From assembly GCA_013152275.1 (NCBI GenBank), contig JAADGS010000027.1, positions 62,001-126,000 on the forward strand: DNA of 64,000 nt, written 5' to 3'. Positions 57,974 to 64,000 of this stretch are shown here, one piece after another. Both the position numbers and the translations under genes were made by a program. The notes below the pieces were generated by a model. That model saw only the letters and a program-made list of their open reading frames with translations, searched no databases and was not told the DNA's origin. The stretch is from Actinomycetota bacterium. GTDB lineage: Bacteria; Actinomycetota; Acidimicrobiia; Spongiisociales; UBA4744. The number at the start of each line of letters is the position of its first letter. Position 1 is the stretch's first letter.

Positions 57974-60685
57974 ATGACGAAATGGGTCTACGCGTTTGGC
58001 GAGGTGGCGGACGCAGAGAAGTATGCAGGTTCTTGGGACGGTGTCCGCGGCCTTCTGGGCGGCAAGGGGGCGAACCTCGCCGAGATGTCTCGGATCGGCG
58101 TGCCGGTGCCCCCCGGGTTCACGATCACGACCGAGGCCTGCAACGCGTACCTCGAGGCCGGCGAGTCATTCCCACCGGGCATGTGGGAGGAGGCGCTGGC
58201 TGCGTTGCACGCCATGGAGGAGCAGACCGGCAAGACGTTCGGCGACCCGGAGAATCCGTTGCTCGTGTCCTGTCGTTCCGGAGCGAAGTTCTCCATGCCC
58301 GGGATGATGGACACGGTGCTCAACATCGGTCTGAACGACGAGGTCGTCGAGGGAGTTGCCCGGCTCACCGGCGACCCACGGTTCGCCTATGACTCGTACC
58401 GCCGTCTCATCCAGATGTTCGGGACCGTGGTTCTCAACGTATCCGGCGAGCCGTTCGAAGAGGTTTTGGCGAAATACCGCGACCGGTTCGGTGTCACCAA
58501 CGATGCCGAACTTCCGCCTGAAGCCATCAAGGAGGTTGTTGCCGAGTTCAAGGAGATCATCCGGGATGAGGCAGGCCTCGAGTTCCCGCAAGATCCCTAT
58601 CAGCAGTTGGAGTTGGCAACGGAAGCCGTGTTCAAGTCCTGGAACAGTCCGAGGGCGTACGCGTATCGCAAGGCCGCCAACATCGCCGACGATCTGGGGA
58701 CTGCGGTCAACATCGTCACGATGGTGTTCGGGAACATGGGGAGCGACTCGGCGACAGGCGTGGCCATGTCGCGCAACGCCACGACCGGTGAGAAGTCGAT
58801 CGAAGGCGATTACCTGGTGAACGCCCAAGGCGAAGATGTCGTTGCCGGTGGTCGGGTGACCGACCCGGTTCAGAAACTCGCAGACGATATGCCGGAGATC
58901 TGGAAACAGTTCACCGGTATCGCTCAGAAACTCGAGCACCATTACCGCGACATGCAGGACATGGAGTTCACGATCGAACGCGGGAAACTGTGGCTGCTCC
59001 AGACTCGCGACGGAAAGCGCACCGCGCAGGCGGCCGTCAAGATCGCCGTCGACTTGGTGGGGGAGAGCCTGATCACCAAGGAAGAGGCGGTGATGCGGGT
59101 CTCACCCGAACAGGTCGACTTCTTCCTGCACCCGCAATTCGAGGCGGAGTCTCGAGCGGCCGCCACCGAAGGTGGCGCGCTCGTCGCCAAAGGCCTCAAC
59201 GTCTCGCCCGGCGCCGCCGTGGGCGTGGTCGCGTTCGACGCCGACCTGGCGCAGCGGTGGGCCACCGAGGAGGGCAAGCAGGTGATCATGGTGCGCCCGG
59301 AGACCAAACCGGACGATGTGCACGGGATGCTTGCCGCCAACGGCATCCTGACGAGCAGGGGCGGCAGGACATCCCACGCGGCTCTCGTCGCCCGACAGTT
59401 CGGCAAACCGGCGGTGGTAGGTGTCTCGGAGCTCGACATCGACATGGACGCCCGGTCGATGTCGGTGGGCGGCAAGACGATCAACGAGGGCGACTGGATG
59501 TCCATCGACGGATCGACCGGCGAGGTGTTCATCGGTCGTCTGGACACGAAGGTCCCCGATATTTCGGACCCGGCGCTGATGACGCTTCTCGGGTGGGCCG
59601 ACGAGATCCGTCGGCTGGACGTCTGGGCCAACGCCGACTATCCACGAGATGCCGAGCGGGCTCGCTCGTATGGTGCCCACGGCATCGGTTTGTGCCGCAC
59701 CGAGCATATGTTCTTCGAGCCGGAGCGCCTGCCCTATGTCCAGCAAATGATCATGGCGAAGACCGCAGAGGAGCGTGAGGCGCCACTGGCGGTGTTGCTT
59801 CCGTTCCAGCGGGACGATTTCGCCGGCCTGTTCCGGGCCATGGATGGGCTTCCGGTGATCATCCGGCTGATCGACCCGCCACTGCATGAGTTCTTGCCGA
59901 GCCACGATGATCTGGAGGCCGAGTTGACCGACCTGCGTGCCAGGCTTGCCGCGGGTGAGGAAAGTGATGTGGTCCATGCGGCGATCGCCGAGAAGGAGCG
60001 GATGCTCGAACGTTCCGAAGCGCTGCGTGAATCCAATCCCATGTTGGGCTTGCGTGGTGTGCGGCTCGGTATCGAACTGCCGGAGCTGACCCGGATGCAG
60101 GTTCGGGCAATCTTCGAAGCCGCCATCCAGGTCAAGGGGGAAGGCATCGATCCACACCCGGAGGTCATGATCCCGCTGACGAGTCACGTCAACGAACTGA
60201 AGTGGCAGCGTTCGGTGCTGGAGGACGAGGCCAAGAAAGTCATGGAAGAAAAGGGCGTGGAGGTCGACTACAAGTTCGGCACGATGATCGAGATTCCGCG
60301 TGCGGCGCTGACCGCCGACGAGATCGCCGAGTATGCCGAGTTCTTCTCCTTCGGTACCAACGATCTGACCCAGACGACATTCGGGATCAGCCGAGATGAC
60401 GCGGAGGCAGGCTTCTTGATCAGTTACTTGGAGCAGGGGATCCTGCCGGAGAACCCGTTCGCCACCCTCGACGAGGCCGGCGTCGGCAAGCTGATGCGCC
60501 TTGCCGTCGAAGCGGGAAGATCGACACATCCGGGGCTCGAAGTCGGGATCTGCGGGGAGCACGGTGGAGATCCGTCGTCTATCGACCTGTGCCATCGACT
60601 CAATCTCGACTACGTGAGTTGCTCGCCCTTCCGGGTGCCGGTTGCCCGGTTGGCGGCTGCCCAGGCGGCGGTGCGTAACCGCTGA
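57974..60685 (+). CDS. ppdK: Pyruvate, phosphate dikinase
   Basis: LLGGKGANLAEM, SMPGMMDT, GGRTSHAA (phospho-His), GIGLCRTEHM, SFGTNDLTQ, GICGEHGG. Confidence 0.97.
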   Translation: MTKWVYAFGEVADAEKYAGSWDGVRGLLGGKGANLAEMSRIGVPVPPGFTITTEACNAYLEAGESFPPGMWEEALAALHAMEEQTGKTFGDPENPLLVSCRSGAKFSMPGMMDTVLNIGLNDEVVEGVARLTGDPRFAYDSYRRLIQMFGTVVLNVSGEPFEEVLAKYRDRFGVTNDAELPPEAIKEVVAEFKEIIRDEAGLEFPQDPYQQLELATEAVFKSWNSPRAYAYRKAANIADDLGTAVNIVTMVFGNMGSDSATGVAMSRNATTGEKSIEGDYLVNAQGEDVVAGGRVTDPVQKLADDMPEIWKQFTGIAQKLEHHYRDMQDMEFTIERGKLWLLQTRDGKRTAQAAVKIAVDLVGESLITKEEAVMRVSPEQVDFFLHPQFEAESRAAATEGGALVAKGLNVSPGAAVGVVAFDADLAQRWATEEGKQVIMVRPETKPDDVHGMLAANGILTSRGGRTSHAALVARQFGKPAVVGVSELDIDMDARSMSVGGKTINEGDWMSIDGSTGEVFIGRLDTKVPDISDPALMTLLGWADEIRRLDVWANADYPRDAERARSYGAHGIGLCRTEHMFFEPERLPYVQQMIMAKTAEEREAPLAVLLPFQRDDFAGLFRAMDGLPVIIRLIDPPLHEFLPSHDDLEAELTDLRARLAAGEESDVVHAAIAEKERMLERSEALRESNPMLGLRGVRLGIELPELTRMQVRAIFEAAIQVKGEGIDPHPEVMIPLTSHVNELKWQRSVLEDEAKKVMEEKGVEVDYKFGTMIEIPRAALTADEIAEYAEFFSFGTNDLTQTTFGISRDDAEAGFLISYLEQGILPENPFATLDEAGVGKLMRLAVEAGRSTHPGLEVGICGEHGGDPSSIDLCHRLNLDYVSCSPFRVPVARLAAAQAAVRNR

Positions 60686-60703
60686 CCACATGTGCATCGA
60701 GAG

Positions 60704-60733
60704 GAGAGGGGCGCCCGGCCGGGCGCCCCTCTC
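60704..60733. terminator. Perfect 30-bp palindrome between convergent genes
   Basis: gagaggggcgcccgg-ccgggcgcccctctc. Confidence 0.7.
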
Positions 60734-60756
60734 GAGTGGATGATTGCGGGCGGTAT

Positions 60757-61752
60757 CTATGGATGTGTGGTTCCCGGGCCTGCACCGTTTCCGCCCGAAC
60801 CGCCGGAGCTGTCTCCGAGGCCGGCGTCAGAACCGGGCGTGGCGGGCATGGTCGTGGGGGTCGCCGGCATGGGCGGCATTACCGGGACGGTGATCGTCGG
60901 TCTGGTCGGCATTACCGGGACGGTGATCGTTGGTTTGGTCGGCATCTCGGGGATGGTGATCGTCGGACCAACCGGCATCTCGGTGGTGGTCGTCGTCGAC
61001 CGTCCCACTTCTTGCCTCATCTGGTGGGTCATCTCTCGGGTCGTCTCTCGAACTTGGCGTGCCGTTTCCGCCACATGCTGAACGTTGATGTCCTGCTGCT
61101 GCATCTCTTGAGAGATGAGTCGCAGCATCTCGGCCACTTGATCCCGGTACTCCTGGGTCGCCTGGTACCCCTTGGTGTCGGTGTGCTGGGTGGCGACATG
61201 CGTAGCCGCCTCCTCGAGCGCGGAAGCGGCCTGCTCGAGACCGCGGTCGTGATCGGCTCTGCCGATCGCCTTTCCTGCGAACTCGAGCCCTTCTGCGATG
61301 TGGTCTTGAGCAACGAGTCGCTGTGCTTCTTGGAGCCGTTCGGTGGTACCGCCGTTGAAGAGGCCGACATGCTCGAGAGCGATGTCGACTCCGTACAACG
61401 GGTCGCCGGGCGCGGACTGATTCGCGACGGCGCCGACCCCACCCGTCACGGCGGCCAGCGCAACAGATGCAGCCAGCACTTTGGTCAGGATGGTGAATAT
61501 GAAACTTGTGAACACGGTACGTCTCCTCCATCGATATCTCTTTGATTCCCGGCTTCTGGCCGGGCGTGGGGAGAGACGGGCGGCTTCCGCAGCCGCGGCG
61601 ATCTGCCGGGCACCCATCGCCGGATCGACGGATTCGGTACCGGTGTCCCGTATCCGCTCGACCAGCGCCGCGATATCGGCGAGGTCGATCGGAGCGGTCC
61701 CGTTGAGGATCGCTTCGATCTCCTGGTCGCTGAGGCTGTGGAATGTTGCCAT
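60757..61752 (-). CDS. Putative anti-sigma factor / single-pass membrane protein with helical ectodomain and Pro/Thr-rich tail
   Basis: Directly follows the ECF sigma gene; short cytoplasmic domain, basic patch, TM, PGDPLYG motif; start ATG 61752 or TTG 61782. Confidence 0.7.
   Translation of the reverse strand: MATFHSLSDQEIEAILNGTAPIDLADIAALVERIRDTGTESVDPAMGARQIAAAAEAARLSPRPARSRESKRYRWRRRTVFTSFIFTILTKVLAASVALAAVTGGVGAVANQSAPGDPLYGVDIALEHVGLFNGGTTERLQEAQRLVAQDHIAEGLEFAGKAIGRADHDRGLEQAASALEEAATHVATQHTDTKGYQATQEYRDQVAEMLRLISQEMQQQDINVQHVAETARQVRETTREMTHQMRQEVGRSTTTTTEMPVGPTITIPEMPTKPTITVPVMPTRPTITVPVMPPMPATPTTMPATPGSDAGLGDSSGGSGGNGAGPGTTHP
60874..60983. repeat. 33-bp coding tandem repeat x3.3 (PTITVPVMPTx)
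   Basis: Unit cggcattaccgggacggtgatcgtcggtctggt at 60874, 60907, 60940. Confidence 0.85.
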
Positions 61753-61761
61753 CTCGTGTTT

Positions 61762-61791
61762 GTTACCGTTCGGGCGTCTCAAAGGGGTACG
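61762..61791 (-). promoter_or_regulatory. Putative ECF-type promoter, internal copy
   Basis: Minus strand cGTACCC-N16-CGGTAAC, same architecture as 62465-62494. Confidence 0.55.
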
Positions 61792-62339
61792 TCCTTTGTG
61801 AGTTCTTTTCGGAGGGCGTTCAGCCCCCGGCGTTGGAGCGCCTTGACGGCGCCGGGACGCTTTCTCAGGATGTGCGCGATCTCCGTCACGGTGAGCCCCC
61901 CGATGATGCGCAGCGTGAGGACGTCACGTTGGTCATGCGAGAGACCTTCGAGCCTTCGTCGAATATCTCCCGTGGCCAGGCCCGTCATCGCTTCGGCCTC
62001 GGCAGACTGCCGGGGGTCCGATAGCGCGTCGAGTTCCCGGTCCTCTCCGATGAGACGTTCCTTGCGTCGGGATCCTCTGCGTCGCTCATCGATGAGACGG
62101 TGGTGGGCGACCATGAAGACCCAGGAGCGAAACGCGGCCTCGTCACCTTTGAACGTGCCGATGTTCCGGGCCAGTTGAAGGAATACGTCGCCAAGGCGGT
62201 CTTCAGGGTCGGAGGCGCCACGCGATCTGAGGTAGCCGAGGACCTGTCCGGCGAGGTCGTGGTAGAGCGCTTCCCACGCCCAGTCGGCCCCCGTTTGGGC
62301 GGCGGCGAGTACAGAGTCGAAACTTGGCCCGATCACCAT
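61779..62339 (-). CDS. ECF-family RNA polymerase sigma factor
   Basis: Region 2 (VLGYL, ED...DVF, FRSWVF.VAH.R.ID) and region 4 (LSHDQRDVL.LR..GGL...EIA....GAVK..QRR). Confidence 0.92.
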   Translation of the reverse strand: MVIGPSFDSVLAAAQTGADWAWEALYHDLAGQVLGYLRSRGASDPEDRLGDVFLQLARNIGTFKGDEAAFRSWVFMVAHHRLIDERRRGSRRKERLIGEDRELDALSDPRQSAEAEAMTGLATGDIRRRLEGLSHDQRDVLTLRIIGGLTVTEIAHILRKRPGAVKALQRRGLNALRKELTKDVPL

Positions 62340-62464
62340 GTGGAGAAGAGTATGCCTGCGTCTGCAATCGCCAAATCGGCCGGAACGATTGACGGGCGGG
62401 ATTGTGCGTCTCCCTCGGATGTCGCGGCGGACCGCATCGGTGCAGGGCCTCCGTGCATGCACTG

Positions 62465-62494
62465 GTTACCGCCGGACGGTAACAAAAGGGTACG
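62465..62494 (-). promoter_or_regulatory. Putative ECF-type autoregulatory promoter upstream of the sigma gene
   Basis: Minus strand cGTACCC-N16-CGGTAAC. Confidence 0.55.
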
Positions 62495-62508
62495 GCCGCC
62501 CCCCACTT

Positions 62509-62567
62509 TCATTGAACCCAGGGCTCAGGGGGGTCGCCACGACCCCTACGAGCCCAGGGTTCAATGA
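62509..62567. repeat. REP-like palindrome, copy 3
   Basis: tcattgaacccagggctc-agg-ggggtcg-cca-cgacccc-tac-gagcccagggttcaatga. Confidence 0.9.
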
Positions 62568-62585
62568 GTGTCGGCCGCCAAGGGT

Positions 62586-63374
62586 CTACCAGCCGACCCA
62601 GACTCCGATGGCGGTGAGCAGTGCAACCATCAGGCCGACGCCCATCTGCGTCCAACCGACGACTTTGGCCGGAACCGGCGGCCTGGTCAGCGAGACGACG
62701 GCGATGATTCCGAGCAGGCCGATCGCGACGACACCGAGCCAGGGGACCACTCCGGCGGCTGCGCCTGCCGCAACGACTCCGACGGCGGCGACCTGCACGA
62801 TGTAGATCCGCGTTCGATCGACGGACTTGTCCTTGAACCTGCGGACCATGCCCCGTGCAAGGACGATTGCGGCGATGTCTCTTGCCGCGAGGATGAGCCA
62901 GAGGCCGAACGCGGGGATCCACTCCCATCCTGCCCCCATTGCGATCGCCGCCACGGTGGAGCCCATTGCGATCGATCCGGCCAGTTGTGGGGCCAGCGCG
63001 CGGTTGTGGCTGTGGGCGTCCGCCCGCAGGGCGAACGCCGCAAAGGGCACTGCGACGAGCAGCGGCCACCAGAACGGGCCGCGAGTGGTGGTGATCGCAC
63101 CGGCGGCACCCGCGATCGCCACCACCCCGTAGACGGCCGCGACGGCAAGCGCCGTGGTGGAGCGGGGCAGCCATCGACCGCGGATGACATCGGTGGAGAA
63201 GAGTTTGACGGGTCGTCGAGCCAGGAAAACGCCGAGTGCGGCCGCCGCGATCTCCCAGCCCGCCGCCGACGGTGCGACGAGAAGTCCCAGGAGGATCGGT
63301 TCCAGTGTGAAGCCCCACCCGCCGTGCTCGGTGGGCAGCGCCACGGACCGCACACGGGCAGAAGGAGAAGTCAT
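62586..63374 (-). CDS. YwiC-like membrane protein
   Basis: LP.EHGGW...LEP.LLG N-terminal motif; about 8 TMs; K.VGW.Q. Confidence 0.85.
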   Translation of the reverse strand: MTSPSARVRSVALPTEHGGWGFTLEPILLGLLVAPSAAGWEIAAAALGVFLARRPVKLFSTDVIRGRWLPRSTTALAVAAVYGVVAIAGAAGAITTTRGPFWWPLLVAVPFAAFALRADAHSHNRALAPQLAGSIAMGSTVAAIAMGAGWEWIPAFGLWLILAARDIAAIVLARGMVRRFKDKSVDRTRIYIVQVAAVGVVAAGAAAGVVPWLGVVAIGLLGIIAVVSLTRPPVPAKVVGWTQMGVGLMVALLTAIGVWVGW

Positions 63375-63967
63375 CGCGGCCTCGCCGCCTCGACGGCCGG
63401 TCTGATCGAGCAGCCATCGAGGTGATCATTCACCATGCCGATGGCCTGCATGAAGGCGTAGATCACGGTCGGTCCGACGAACTTCCATCCCCGGCTGCGC
63501 AGGTCCGTGCTCAGTGCCTTGGACTCTTCGGTGACGGCGGGGATGTCGTAGGTGGGGGCCGGGCCGGGATCTGGTGCGAAACGCCACAGGTACTCTGCCA
63601 GGGATCCGAACTCGTCGATCACGTCCAGAGCAAGCCGGGCATTCGCGATCGTCGCTTCGATCTTGCCTCTGTGGCGGACGATGCCCGGATTCGCCAGGAG
63701 TCGCTCGACTGCTCCACTGCCATAGGACGCCACCGTCTCGATGTCGAAACCGTCGAAAGCTCTTCGGAAGGCTTCCCGCTTGCGCAGGATCGTGATCCAG
63801 GCAAGCCCGGCCTGAAAGGCGTCGAGGCTGATCTTCTGGAACAGGGCCCGGTCGTCGGTGACCGGAAACCCCCACTCGTCGTCGTGGTAGGCCACGTACA
63901 GGGGGTCGTCCCCCGGCCACCAGCATCGCAGGGTCCCGTCGGATCCGATTCGCAGTCGGTCGTTCAC
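63371..63967 (-). CDS. tag: DNA-3-methyladenine glycosylase I
   Basis: RCWW, YHDDEWG, FQAGLAW.TIL.KR, IVRH..KI, FVGP...YAFMQA.G.VNDH...C. Confidence 0.95.
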   Translation of the reverse strand: MNDRLRIGSDGTLRCWWPGDDPLYVAYHDDEWGFPVTDDRALFQKISLDAFQAGLAWITILRKREAFRRAFDGFDIETVASYGSGAVERLLANPGIVRHRGKIEATIANARLALDVIDEFGSLAEYLWRFAPDPGPAPTYDIPAVTEESKALSTDLRSRGWKFVGPTVIYAFMQAIGMVNDHLDGCSIRPAVEAARPR

Positions 63968-64000
63968 CGGCGAGATGATACGGGGATCGGAATCCGACAG

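Overview
High-GC bacterial chromosomal segment, most likely Actinomycetota and plausibly class Acidimicrobiia. This is an inference from hspR in the dnaK operon, an F420-dependent PPOX gene, an Rv3213c-like ParA and many apparently leaderless genes. It holds about 55 mostly housekeeping CDS: a phosphate/polyphosphate cluster (NUDIX, ppk1, SixA-like, PhoU-like, Na/Pi symporter), two polar amino-acid ABC importers flanking dxs, padR-nfeD-SPFH, clpB, archease-rtcB, dnaK-grpE-dnaJ-hspR, an ABC-2 exporter with a frameshifted GbsR/MarR regulator, a MoxR-DUF58 operon, envelope genes (LCP, flippase-sugar transferase fusion, PspC two-component locus, M15 peptidase), ppdK, an ECF sigma/anti-sigma pair and tag. 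I found no rRNA, tRNA, CRISPR array, integrase or intact transposase; there is one 76-N gap. The most unusual signals are non-coding. (1) A four-helix-bundle (23S-IVS/Avd-like) gene is bracketed by inverted heptamer arrays, and about 8 related orphan arrays or leader copies are dispersed through intergenic spacers. (2) Three copies of a ~51-59 bp REP-like palindrome. (3) A multi-hairpin candidate ncRNA around the gap. (4) A duplicated ECF-type promoter motif plus an internal translation start in the anti-sigma gene. All calls come from reading the sequence by eye; no database search was run.
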